Source of the DNA: a virus
Taxonomy: Duplodnaviria; Caudoviricetes
Length of the DNA stretch: 47,899 nucleotides
Direction: 5' to 3' (one strand)
Virus record (IMG/VR): IMGVR_UViG_3300048599_000741
Coordinates: 1 to 47,899 of that record
Each line of letters opens with the position of its first letter. Within the stretch, counting starts at the first letter, position 1. The position numbers and the translations under genes are program-made. The notes beneath the pieces are model-generated. The model saw only the letters and a program-made list of their open reading frames with translations, was not told where the DNA came from and did no database searches. This document shows, piece by piece, positions 1 through 8,301 of the stretch.

Positions 1-127
1 GTGACCGTCTGGCCGGGCGGCAAACCGGGCACCGTGACGATCGAGATTGCGGGACGCCTTAGCCGGTTGCTCGGTGCCGATGTGTTCCCCTCGGCCCGCG
101 CATCGGGGGGATCGTTGGTAGCGGGGG
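1..127 (+). repeat. 127-bp exact direct repeat, copy 1 (3' part of the integrase up to the att crossover)
   Basis: 1-127 is identical to 47741-47867; the copies diverge at 128 (G) versus 47868 (A). Confidence 0.97.
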
Positions 128-189
128 GGCGCTTCCGCCAATCCCCCCGACCCGATTCCGGCCTGTTCCGGCTGCACCGGACGGGCTAG
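1..189 (+). CDS. C-terminal fragment of the serine integrase in its attP form (...LVAGGRFRQSPRPDSGLFRLHRTG*)
   Basis: First 42 codons are identical and in frame with the end of 46280..47899; not an independent gene. Confidence 0.85.
   Translation: MTVWPGGKPGTVTIEIAGRLSRLLGADVFPSARASGGSLVAGGRFRQSPRPDSGLFRLHRTG
103..150. other. attP site of the large serine integrase; crossover at or near GG 126-127
   Basis: Perfect 10-bp inverted repeat TCGGGGGGAT (103-112) / ATCCCCCCGA (141-150) centred on 126/127, where identity with the tRNA junction ends; carries the last 12 nt of the tRNA (116-127). Confidence 0.85.
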
Positions 190-222
190 ACGGCCCCAAA
201 TTCCGGCTGTAGGACGCCGGAC

Positions 223-456
223 ATGCGATATACGGCGCCGCCCCTGTCCGACTTCCCGTTCGATATGGTTCGGCTGGCCTGCACCCGCTGCCAGCGGCGC
301 GGCCAGTACCGCAAGGCGACCCTGATCGACCGGTTCGGTCCCGATATCGTCGGGCCGGACCTTCTGACCAAGATCGCCAATTGCACCGGCGGCATCACCT
401 CCGGGCAATGGAGCGCTTGCGGCATCTATTACCTCGATCTGGCGAAACCGAAATGA
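223..456 (+). CDS. Small Cys-rich (putative Zn-binding) hypothetical protein, 77 aa
   Basis: CxxC (CTRC) plus two distal Cys; ATGA overlap with the next gene. Confidence 0.75.
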   Translation: MRYTAPPLSDFPFDMVRLACTRCQRRGQYRKATLIDRFGPDIVGPDLLTKIANCTGGITSGQWSACGIYYLDLAKPK

Positions 457-722
457 CGGTCCGGCTCAAGCGCAAATCCGAGAACTGGCGCCGCCGGCTA
501 CCGCGGCCCGTCCGGCTGCGATCCGGCAAGACCTTGGCGACCCTCGCCGACTGCCGGGCCTATTGCCTCGACCTCGACGACTACGAAGCCGCGCGTCCGG
601 CCTGGCAGCGGACGGCGGCCATGCTGATCGAGGCCGCCGAGGGCGGCGATCTCGATCGGGTCAACCGCCAATTCGAGGCGATCCTGTTGCATCAGAACAA
701 GATCGCCCTGCCGCCGGACTAG
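453..722 (+). CDS. Hypothetical protein, 89 aa (MTVRLKRK...)
   Basis: ATG 453 overlaps the upstream TGA; PVRLRSGKTLATLADCRAY...WQ pattern resembles small Rhizobiales proteins. Confidence 0.7.
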   Translation: MTVRLKRKSENWRRRLPRPVRLRSGKTLATLADCRAYCLDLDDYEAARPAWQRTAAMLIEAAEGGDLDRVNRQFEAILLHQNKIALPPD

Positions 723-1201
723 GCCCGCCGTCGGGCCTTGCGCTTGCGGCGCGCTTCCTCGGCGCGGACCTGATCGAGCGTGCGCGCCGGCGTCTGTGTC
801 AGCTTCTTAGCCGCAGCGTGATAATCGCCGGCGGTGAAGGCCGCCAGCAGGTCCGCCGCCTTGTCCAGTTCATACCGGTCATCGATCAGGCAACCGGCCT
901 CCTTGGCGTCGAGCATGATCGCGGCGCAGGCCATCAGCTTGGCCTCATGCGGCAAGCCGCTGTCGGGATCGATGTCCTCGCCGGCATTGAGCGCGATCGC
1001 ATGGCGCAGGATCGCCTCGATATAAACCGAGCGCCGCACCTTTTTGCGGCGCCAGTTGAACGCGCCATATTTGCGCGCGCCTTCGGCGAAAGCCATCGCC
1101 ATCTGAATCAGCGCCACGAAGGGCACCAAGCACAGCGGCACCTTTTTGATGCCGAGCCGGTCTTTGGGATTGGTGTCGTCTTTGCGCGCGCGAGCGGGCA
1201 T
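719..1201 (-). CDS. dATP/dGTP diphosphohydrolase-domain protein (DUF5664-like)
   Basis: NPKD..G.KK.PL.LVP, GA.KYG..NWR, Y..A..RH and GED.DPDSGLPH motifs. Confidence 0.85.
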   Translation of the reverse strand: MPARARKDDTNPKDRLGIKKVPLCLVPFVALIQMAMAFAEGARKYGAFNWRRKKVRRSVYIEAILRHAIALNAGEDIDPDSGLPHEAKLMACAAIMLDAKEAGCLIDDRYELDKAADLLAAFTAGDYHAAAKKLTQTPARTLDQVRAEEARRKRKARRRA

Positions 1202-1234
1202 CGTGGATCTCCGATTTTTGCAGGAATAAAAGGA

Positions 1235-2479
1235 TCAGGCCGCACGGAAGGCCGGCGGCAGAATGTTGACGCGGTGCCGGCCGGTCTCGCCGGCGCGCCG
1301 ATGCAGCGTGATCGCGGTCAGAGATTGGCCGGACAGATAGGCCGAGCCGACCGCATGCGCATCCTTGGCGGCGAGCGTCTGGAATGACTCGACCTTGACG
1401 CCGCCGATTTCCTTGGCGGTTTCATGATGAATGTGGCCGGTGTAGAAATAGCGGAAGGCGCTGGCGCCCCAATCAGTCGGCCGCACGGCCGCCATTGTCG
1501 CGGCGAGCCGATCGGCCTTGGCGCGGTGGCCGTGATGCGCGCCGATCATCACGGCGCCGAAGCGATGAAAGAAAAACTCGCCGGGATCGTCATCGATCGT
1601 CACGCGCCGGTCGCGCGCATAGAACATCTTGAGCGCGATGGTCAGGGCGATCGCGGCATGCGGATCGTGATTGCCGGGAATATTGCGCACGATGACCTGC
1701 GCATGCCGGCGCTTCGCCGTCTCGATGCACTCAATCATGAGATCGACGCCGGCCGACAAAATCTTGAAATAGCGGCTGTCGACATCGAGCAGATTGCCGG
1801 ACCGCGGCGTCATGTTGCGCTGGTCGTCGGTATGCTGCCAGTCGCCGAGATTGAGAATGAGCGCGCGCCGCGACGGTTTCGACTGCGCGACCAGCGACGC
1901 CATGCTTTCGCGCAGCCGCTTGATGCCGATGGCGAGATCGTAAGCCTCGCCGGTTTCACGGCCCCAAGCCAAAAGGCCGTTATGCTGATCGGCGATCGGA
2001 TAGACCGTCAGATAATCGGCCAGCGATCGCCGCGGCGCCGGCGCCGGCCGCGCCTTGCCCTTGTACGCCTTGAACGTGGCCTCGAGCGCGGCGACCAGAT
2101 CGGGCGTCGCCGTATCGGTGCGCGTCTTGTGCCAGGTCAGGCGGGCGCGACCTTCGGCATCGGTCAGGACCGAGACACCTTTATAGACCTGGCCCGCCGG
2201 CATCTGGAAAGCCGGGCCGCTTTCCTGTTGCTGCTTGATCCATTCCTTTGTGAGGTTGCCGCCGGCGTCATATTCGGCGGTCGTCTGCTTGATCTCGAAA
2301 CCGGGCATCACCGGCTCGGTCGGCATCATGCCGCGTTCGGCCGCGCGCTTGAGCCGGTTGCGAAAGGTCGCGCGGCGAACGCCGGCCTCTTTCGCCGCGG
2401 GGCGGATTTTGCCGCCGTGTTTCTTGTAGAGCGCCGCGGCCTGCGCCGCGACCTCATCCGAGATTTGCGGAAATGACAT
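1235..2479 (-). CDS. N-terminal HTH + calcineurin-like metallophosphoesterase
   Basis: Motifs DQH, LGD, GNHD, HHGH and GHIHH; N-terminal IRPAAKEAGVRRATFRNRL helix-turn-helix. Confidence 0.85.
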   Translation of the reverse strand: MSFPQISDEVAAQAAALYKKHGGKIRPAAKEAGVRRATFRNRLKRAAERGMMPTEPVMPGFEIKQTTAEYDAGGNLTKEWIKQQQESGPAFQMPAGQVYKGVSVLTDAEGRARLTWHKTRTDTATPDLVAALEATFKAYKGKARPAPAPRRSLADYLTVYPIADQHNGLLAWGRETGEAYDLAIGIKRLRESMASLVAQSKPSRRALILNLGDWQHTDDQRNMTPRSGNLLDVDSRYFKILSAGVDLMIECIETAKRRHAQVIVRNIPGNHDPHAAIALTIALKMFYARDRRVTIDDDPGEFFFHRFGAVMIGAHHGHRAKADRLAATMAAVRPTDWGASAFRYFYTGHIHHETAKEIGGVKVESFQTLAAKDAHAVGSAYLSGQSLTAITLHRRAGETGRHRVNILPPAFRAA

Positions 2480-2722
2480 TTAATGCGGCTTCCAGCTTCC
2501 GGCGAGACGGATCAGCCCGTCAATGAACTGCACCACGACGATCAGCGCCGCGATCAGCGAGAGAACGATCCAGCGGTTGACGCGGCACCAGCCCTGCACC
2601 GTGCGATAAAGCTTGATGACGCGATCGAGCGTCGCGATGTCGTCGGCATCAAGCTTGGCGATAAACTTGCGCTGATCGTCCGACAGTTCGGTGAAGCGCC
2701 GCGGCGTTTTGGAGTCCGTCAT
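2480..2722 (-). CDS. Small membrane protein with one C-terminal TM helix, lysis region
   Basis: Hydrophobic WIVLSLIAALIVVVQFI; coupled to neighbours. Confidence 0.7.
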   Translation of the reverse strand: MTDSKTPRRFTELSDDQRKFIAKLDADDIATLDRVIKLYRTVQGWCRVNRWIVLSLIAALIVVVQFIDGLIRLAGSWKPH

Positions 2723-3024
2723 TGCGCGGCGCCTTTCACCACAAGACCGGCGGCATCGAGTTGCCGGCCGACCGAGCCGAGCCGCGCACGGCAGACGCGA
2801 TCGGAAGCGCGTAGGCCTGCCTCATAGCGCGCCGCGGCCGAGCCGGCGCGCTTCCCGGCCGCCACAGGATCGGGCGGCAACGGCGGCGGCGGCAGATCGA
2901 AGGTCGCCGGCGCGAACACCGGACCGGTCACAGTGACCGGCGGCAACGGCCGCGGTGAAGGCTTGTGCGCGCAGGCGCCGAGCGCCAGCGCGGCCGGCAG
3001 GATCAGGAACAAGCGTTTCGTCAT
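2719..3024 (-). CDS. Putative o-spanin (Rz1-like lipoprotein)
   Basis: MTKRLFLILPAALALGAC lipobox, Pro-rich mature part, follows the i-spanin candidate. Confidence 0.75.
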   Translation of the reverse strand: MTKRLFLILPAALALGACAHKPSPRPLPPVTVTGPVFAPATFDLPPPPLPPDPVAAGKRAGSAAARYEAGLRASDRVCRARLGSVGRQLDAAGLVVKGAAQ

Positions 3025-3560
3025 TTCACCCCTCGCGCCTTGCGCTCGCGCGCCCATGAGTCGAGCAGAACCTGCGGCACCGCGCCGTCATCGCCAGCCG
3101 AGGCGCCGGCGATCGCCGCCTCCTCGGCCTCGATCTGCGCACGCAACGCGGCGTCCTCGGCCGCCTGGCGCTGATATTCGGCGATCGCCATCGCCCGCTG
3201 TCGGCCGATTTCCGTCGCGCGAGCCTGCGCGTTCTCGGCCTCGATCGCGGCAAGGCACGCCGGCAAGGGCCGCTCATGGGCCGGACGGTCGCCGCAGCTG
3301 TAGCGATCGCCGATCGAGGCGACCTGCGCCGACAGATCGCGATAGGCATCGGCATCGCGCTTGATGTTGTGCAGGTGAACCGTCACGGCGACGATCGACA
3401 CAATGACGATCAGCGCGCCGATCAGGATCGCGACAAGGCGCACCGTGCCGCTGGCGAAGCGATCGCCGAGCCAGGCGACCGCCATGCCGATCGGCCCGCC
3501 GGCGAGAGCAGCCGAACCGACCGAGGCCGCAAGTGCGGCGAGTGAACTTAAGGTAAGCAT
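3021..3560 (-). CDS. Putative i-spanin (Rz-like)
   Basis: N-terminal TM segments followed by an Ala/Glu-rich coiled coil; directly after the endolysin. Confidence 0.7.
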   Translation of the reverse strand: MLTLSSLAALAASVGSAALAGGPIGMAVAWLGDRFASGTVRLVAILIGALIVIVSIVAVTVHLHNIKRDADAYRDLSAQVASIGDRYSCGDRPAHERPLPACLAAIEAENAQARATEIGRQRAMAIAEYQRQAAEDAALRAQIEAEEAAIAGASAGDDGAVPQVLLDSWARERKARGVK

Positions 3561-3568
3561 CGGCGCCC

Positions 3569-4093
3569 TCAGTCGTTACGCTTGCACCAGGCGATTTCGC
3601 CCCATTTCGGGTCGTAGCGCCGGTTCTGCAGGCCCTTGAGCACCTTGCCGTTGGCACGCACATATTGGCCAAGGGCTTCGCAGCCGGCTGCCACATTGCC
3701 GGCATTGAAATGCCGAGCGACCGCGCCGCAGATGCGGCCAGGGCCGAGGTTGTAGGACGCCGAGACCAAGGCGACCTGCCGATGCGGCGGCATATCCTTG
3801 AAAGACGGCATGCAGCGCGCCAGAGGCTCGACGTATTTCGGCAGCACCTTGGCGAACGCTTCCGCGCATTGCGCCTCGGTGAAAGTCATGCCGGGCCTGA
3901 TCCATTTGTAATCGGGATCAAGGTTCGTGATGCCGTGGCAGACCGTATAGACGCCGAGCGGGTCGATCTTTTGCTGCCGTACCGTCATATCCATGCGTCC
4001 GCCACTTTCCCAATGCGGGATAAAGACGAAGGCGAGTGCGGCGGCGGCAGCGCTCAAGCCGCCGACAGCGACTTGTTTTTTCGTAACGGCCAT
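3569..4093 (-). CDS. Endolysin, GH24 lysozyme with SAR-like N-terminus
   Basis: WE...D..GVYTVCHGIT catalytic triad region, YNLG, GKVLKGLQNRR; Ala/Gly-rich N-terminal helix; GAGG RBS before ATG 4093. Confidence 0.92.
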   Translation of the reverse strand: MAVTKKQVAVGGLSAAAAALAFVFIPHWESGGRMDMTVRQQKIDPLGVYTVCHGITNLDPDYKWIRPGMTFTEAQCAEAFAKVLPKYVEPLARCMPSFKDMPPHRQVALVSASYNLGPGRICGAVARHFNAGNVAAGCEALGQYVRANGKVLKGLQNRRYDPKWGEIAWCKRND

Positions 4094-4098
4094 GTTGG

Positions 4099-4536
4099 TC
4101 AATCCTCGGCGTCAAACTGTTTCTGCGCCAGCAGGCGCGCGACAAAGGCGGCGCCGGTCGCGAGACCGGACACCGCGCCGAACCATCCGGCCGACAACGG
4201 CAGCACGGATTGCAGATAGGGCAGCGCGACTTCGGCCGCGGAAAACGCGAAGGCGAGGCCGAGCAGGCGCACGCTCCACGAATGCCGCAGCACCTTGCGC
4301 CAGTTGCGGACAAGCCGCCGCTCGATCGCGGTCCGCAGGCGGGACAAAGCGGCGATCATGAGCCCCGGCCGCGGCGGCTTCGGCTTGCGACGTGATGACT
4401 TCGCCGCTCGGCGCTTCGCCTTGCCCCGCTTCGGAGCGGGCGGCTTCACTGCATGGCGCGCCGCAGCCTTGCGGCGGCACCAGCGCACAAAGAAAAAGGC
4501 CGCCACAAGGGCGGCCAGCAGAACAAGCCAGTGCAT
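4099..4536 (-). CDS. Putative holin with N-terminal TM and basic extension
   Basis: LVRNWRKVLRHSWSVRL followed by two TMs, immediately upstream of the lysozyme. Confidence 0.65.
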   Translation of the reverse strand: MHWLVLLAALVAAFFFVRWCRRKAAARHAVKPPAPKRGKAKRRAAKSSRRKPKPPRPGLMIAALSRLRTAIERRLVRNWRKVLRHSWSVRLLGLAFAFSAAEVALPYLQSVLPLSAGWFGAVSGLATGAAFVARLLAQKQFDAED

Positions 4537-4582
4537 CGAATTTACCGTCCGGTTTTGAGGAGCCTTTCGCGCGGCGATGATC

Positions 4583-4843
4583 TCAGGTCGGGTAGGTCAG
4601 AACATCCTCCGGCTGCAGCGTGATGCCGGCGATCAACGCCGCATTGGTCGAGACGTTCGACGTGCCGATCGGCGCGTTCGAAAAGTCGCAGGCGATGAAG
4701 CCGGGCGGAATGGCATTCCAGCAAAAGAAAGGTTTGCCGACACACTTGACCTTGACGAATGTCGCTTCGCCGCCTTCCGCAGCGGTGAACGGTCCTTTGA
4801 GAGTGCCATTGTCCTCATAGATGATTTTCATTTCAGTTCCCAT
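4583..4843 (-). CDS. Hypothetical protein, 86 aa
   Basis: GAAGGAG RBS before ATG 4843. Confidence 0.6.
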   Translation of the reverse strand: MGTEMKIIYEDNGTLKGPFTAAEGGEATFVKVKCVGKPFFCWNAIPPGFIACDFSNAPIGTSNVSTNAALIAGITLQPEDVLTYPT

Positions 4844-4853
4844 ATGGGCTCCT

Positions 4854-5456
4854 TCAGGTGCGATAGACATTGATGCCAAAACGAAGCGGATCGAAGCGGG
4901 AGCCATTCGCATCGAGGGCTTCCACGGTCACGTAGTCGACTTGCTTGTCGGTCTCGCGCAGGACGACGCCAGCGCCATGCACAAAGTATTGGGTATCCGG
5001 CTGCTCATTGATGAAATAGAGCGTGTAGAGGCCCATTTCCTCGTAGAACATGCCGATGGCGTTGAACGCTCCCTTGACTTGCTGCACGTCGCCATCTGCG
5101 ACGGATATGCTGAGAATTTGGGCGCTGAGCCGTGGCGGAACGCTGCCGAACTCAGGCTCGATATCTTCGGGGATCGGCGCGTTTTCGCGGACAGACTTCG
5201 CCACGATGATGTTCGAGAGATCGGCTATTACATCGTCGCCAAACGTCCACGGCATGTCGCCGCCGGCCAGCACATCGCCGGAGGTCGACAGCGGGTGACG
5301 GACACCCGGCTCGTACAGCCGTTCGCCGATGCCTTCCGGCAGCGATGGCGCAGCCTGCCCGTAATCGGCGGCGAAATTGTCCGGCGTGTCGACATAGACG
5401 CTGGAGCCCGATTGCACGCGAATGATCGAGGCGGCCTGCAGAAGCTGCGTGGTCAT
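4854..5456 (-). CDS. Hypothetical acidic protein, possible tail-fibre assembly/accessory protein
   Basis: ATGA-coupled to the tail fibre; protein-like composition. Confidence 0.6.
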   Translation of the reverse strand: MTTQLLQAASIIRVQSGSSVYVDTPDNFAADYGQAAPSLPEGIGERLYEPGVRHPLSTSGDVLAGGDMPWTFGDDVIADLSNIIVAKSVRENAPIPEDIEPEFGSVPPRLSAQILSISVADGDVQQVKGAFNAIGMFYEEMGLYTLYFINEQPDTQYFVHGAGVVLRETDKQVDYVTVEALDANGSRFDPLRFGINVYRT

Positions 5457-6667
5457 TTTTTCACCATCGCGTTGCCGATGAACGCGGTCGGCTGCATGTT
5501 GTTATGGGAGCCGTTGCTGCCCGATGCGGTGCCACTAATGGAGCCGGATGCAGAGACAGATGCGGACTGTGAAAAGGTTACGTTAGAGCCAGTGTTGCCA
5601 TTGGACGTGACGACGCTCTCGCCCTGAGGCGGGTCGGAAGACACATCGTTCGCGCGCGTCTTCGATATACTCACCGATGCCGTGCCCGTGACCGAGGCCG
5701 TGCCGGACACACTCATACTCGCCTGTTCGCCAGATGACAGCGTGTGCGTTTCCGCACCAACCGCCTTGCCCAAGGCGCGCGATGTCAAGCCGGCGCCGGC
5801 GCCGGCAATGGCAAGCGCGCGGCCGAGCGCCTTCGGCATCGACATACGGCAACCGGCCACCCATGCGTCGGCGGCCGAGCCTTGCGCGGCGCGAGTCGTC
5901 GCGCCGCCCGCCGATGTCAGCAGCGGGCATTCGGCATCGCCATAAGCGTAAAGATCGGTGAAGGTCGCCTGCGCATCAGCGTTTTCATAAGCCGCGCCGC
6001 TCCCGGTATTGCCGATGGTCTGATCGAGGAACATCAGCCAGCCGGCGGGCGCCGTCTGCTTGATGGTCAGTACAACGGTTCCTTGCGGGATGCCGCCAGC
6101 CAGCGCCGCGATCGCCTGGGCGACGCGCAATGCGGTCATGCCTTTGGTGTTTTCCGTGCCGGCTTCCGCCTCGGCCTGACTGGCGATAGCCGAGAAGATG
6201 CCATCGGCACCGGCGGCGCCGGTATCGCCGCGCGGAATGATGAAATTGAGAATGGCCGCAAGCGCCGTCCCGACATTCTCGACCTCGGCCTCTCTGCCCG
6301 GCGCGCCGGTCGTCACGTCGCCGATCGTGATCGTCGCCGCCGCGCCGGGATTGCCGCGCGGGATCGTGATGTCGAGCACGGCGGCGTTTTCAGTGCCGGC
6401 ATTGACGACCGCGGCATCGCTGCCCGCCGCGCCGGTCGTCACGTCGCCGATCGCGACCGTCGCCGCGACGCCGGGATTGCCGCGCGGGATGGTGATGTCG
6501 AGAACCGCCTGTTGCAGCGTTCCGACATTCACGACCTCGGCATCGCTGCCCGCCGCGCCGGTCGTCACGTCGCCGATCGCGATCGTGCCGGCCGGGCCGC
6601 GCGGCCCCTGATCGGGGACCTCGATCTCGATCGGCTGATCGTCGACAATGATTTCAAAGTCGCTCAT
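5453..6667 (-). CDS. Tail fibre protein with three 40-aa repeats and a collar-like C-terminal region
   Basis: Start MSDFEIIVDD overlaps the upstream stop; APAGWL, GRAL..AGAG.GLTSR.LG..GAETHTL and HNNMQPT motifs. Confidence 0.85.
   Translation of the reverse strand: MSDFEIIVDDQPIEIEVPDQGPRGPAGTIAIGDVTTGAAGSDAEVVNVGTLQQAVLDITIPRGNPGVAATVAIGDVTTGAAGSDAAVVNAGTENAAVLDITIPRGNPGAAATITIGDVTTGAPGREAEVENVGTALAAILNFIIPRGDTGAAGADGIFSAIASQAEAEAGTENTKGMTALRVAQAIAALAGGIPQGTVVLTIKQTAPAGWLMFLDQTIGNTGSGAAYENADAQATFTDLYAYGDAECPLLTSAGGATTRAAQGSAADAWVAGCRMSMPKALGRALAIAGAGAGLTSRALGKAVGAETHTLSSGEQASMSVSGTASVTGTASVSISKTRANDVSSDPPQGESVVTSNGNTGSNVTFSQSASVSASGSISGTASGSNGSHNNMQPTAFIGNAMVKK
6225..6590 (-). repeat. Three ~120-bp tandem repeats encoding IGDVTTGAAG...V.N.GT...A.L...IPRG
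   Basis: gcgccggtcgtcacgtcgccgatcg recurs with a 120-bp period (~6303, 6430 region, 6556 region); visible in the translation. Confidence 0.85.
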
Positions 6668-7149
6668 CGCGTCGGCCCGATGCTGTGAATGAGTTTGCCG
6701 GCCATCACCGGCAAATGCTCGCCGGTCGCCGTGATTTCGATCATGGACACGTCGTAGGAGCCGGCGGACATGACCGCGAGTTGCGCCTTGGGCAGCTTGA
6801 GCGTCACGGCGCCGGTTGCGGCGTCCGTGATCTCGATATCGCCGCCCTCCTCGCTGGTGACGGACAGCGGCGCGTAAACATTCACCGCCGGCGCGCGCGC
6901 CATAAGCTTGAGCGTCGAGCCGGTCAGGTCCCGGCCCGGCGCCGGCGCGGCTTCCCATTTGGTGCCGTCGCTGCCCGGCGTGACACCGGTCGAGGGCGCG
7001 AGCGCTTTCCAGACCCGCTTGCCGGAATGTGAGTATTCATCGGCGAGATAGGCGCGCTCGGCATCATAGGGCGGGACCGGCTGCGTAAAGCGCAGTGCCG
7101 TGATCCAATCCGCATCGCTGCGCGTGCGGATCGTGACTTGCATCGTCAT
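6664..7149 (-). CDS. Tail/baseplate-associated protein with an inserted CBM5/12-like motif
   Basis: YDAERAY...HSGKRVWKAL....G..PGSD..KWE inside a DLTG...ITDAATG...YDV scaffold. Confidence 0.6.
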   Translation of the reverse strand: MTMQVTIRTRSDADWITALRFTQPVPPYDAERAYLADEYSHSGKRVWKALAPSTGVTPGSDGTKWEAAPAPGRDLTGSTLKLMARAPAVNVYAPLSVTSEEGGDIEITDAATGAVTLKLPKAQLAVMSAGSYDVSMIEITATGEHLPVMAGKLIHSIGPTR

Positions 7150-7164
7150 GGCAGCGGCCTCGGA

Positions 7165-8283
7165 TCAGTAGCCGATGACCGGCAGGGCGTTGAAGTTGCG
7201 CGGCCTCGTTTCGGTCGAGCCGACATTCGCCGCAAAGCTGATCGCGCCTGCCAATTTGGCGACGGACCCGACAAGCTGATTGAAGACCTTGAGGCCGACG
7301 CCAGGCGTACCGGCTTCGCCACCATCCTGACCACGTTTCAGCGTGGCATAGCCGCTGCCGTCGCCGAGATCGACGGTCGGGCCAATGATCTCGAAGTTCT
7401 CGCCAGAAATCGAAATTGCGCCGGCCGCGCTGACCTGTTTGGTACCAACCTTGTCGCCGATCTGGCCGTCGCCGCGATTGGTGCGGCTTGCGCGATCGGG
7501 GTCTCGGTTCGCGCCGCCATCGAGGAAGCGCATGAACTCGCCGCCGACAGACGGAATGTTAAAGGTCGTCGTGCCGTCGCCGGGGCCGTACATCGTGCCG
7601 ATGCGGTTGAACAGCCGGCTATAGCCGGTCCGGCTCACGGCGGCGCCGTTCATCACAAGCCCGTTGACGCCATCCGGCACGGTCTCGGTCATGAAACCGT
7701 AGAGACAGCCCGGCACCAGCGCGAGCGCGCCGCCGCTGCCCGTTCCCGAACCGCCGTTGACGCGCGACAACAATTGCCATTTCGTGCTGTCATAAACGAC
7801 CAGCAGGATCGCGCCGGCGGCATAATCTCCCGTCGAAATGTCGTCACCGCCGCCCCATTTGAGCGCCTTGGTCACGTCGCTGCCATTGACCGGCACCGTG
7901 ATATTGGCGGCGCCGCTCGGTGCGGCATTGGCCTTGATCAGCAGGGTCAGACCGAAGAACAGCGAGCCGATCGGGATCGCCGGGTTGATCACGATGTCGC
8001 TCGCCGTGCCGGTATCAGCGACGGCGCGGATGCCGATCGACTGCATCGCCTTCCACAGCATGTCGTCGGCATTGTCCTGCACCACGCCGGCCGAACGGAT
8101 GGCGACGCGCAGCTGTGCCAGCAGGTCATTGATCACATCGGCCTGATTGGCGGTGCCGTCGTCGCTGTCGGGGCTTGAGCAGTTCTGCGCCCAGGTGTCG
8201 CTTGTCCCGCGCGTGATCGAGCGCGCCGGACGCGCCGTGACTGCATTGTCGGTATTGCCGAAGCCGAGGAGATCGATTGACAT
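7165..8283 (-). CDS. Tail fibre protein with phage tail-collar domain
   Basis: NGAAVSRTGYSRLFNRIGTMYGPGDGTTTFNIP..GEF.R and C-terminal ETRPRN. Confidence 0.9.
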   Translation of the reverse strand: MSIDLLGFGNTDNAVTARPARSITRGTSDTWAQNCSSPDSDDGTANQADVINDLLAQLRVAIRSAGVVQDNADDMLWKAMQSIGIRAVADTGTASDIVINPAIPIGSLFFGLTLLIKANAAPSGAANITVPVNGSDVTKALKWGGGDDISTGDYAAGAILLVVYDSTKWQLLSRVNGGSGTGSGGALALVPGCLYGFMTETVPDGVNGLVMNGAAVSRTGYSRLFNRIGTMYGPGDGTTTFNIPSVGGEFMRFLDGGANRDPDRASRTNRGDGQIGDKVGTKQVSAAGAISISGENFEIIGPTVDLGDGSGYATLKRGQDGGEAGTPGVGLKVFNQLVGSVAKLAGAISFAANVGSTETRPRNFNALPVIGY

Positions 8284-8301
8284 TCGCTGTCTCTCTTGAT
8301 G

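Noticed and set aside
1-127. 127-bp repeat as phage terminal repeats or a long att core
   Set aside because: It is integrase coding sequence ending at the crossover; only 12 bp match the tRNA, and the GpA-type terminase implies cos ends
6225-6590. Regularly spaced repeats as a CRISPR array
   Set aside because: They are in-frame 40-aa protein repeats in the tail fibre; no unique spacers or cas genes
4583-8283. Diversity-generating retroelement or invertible tail-fibre cassette
   Set aside because: No reverse transcriptase, no template/variable repeat pair and no invertase or flanking inverted repeats seen
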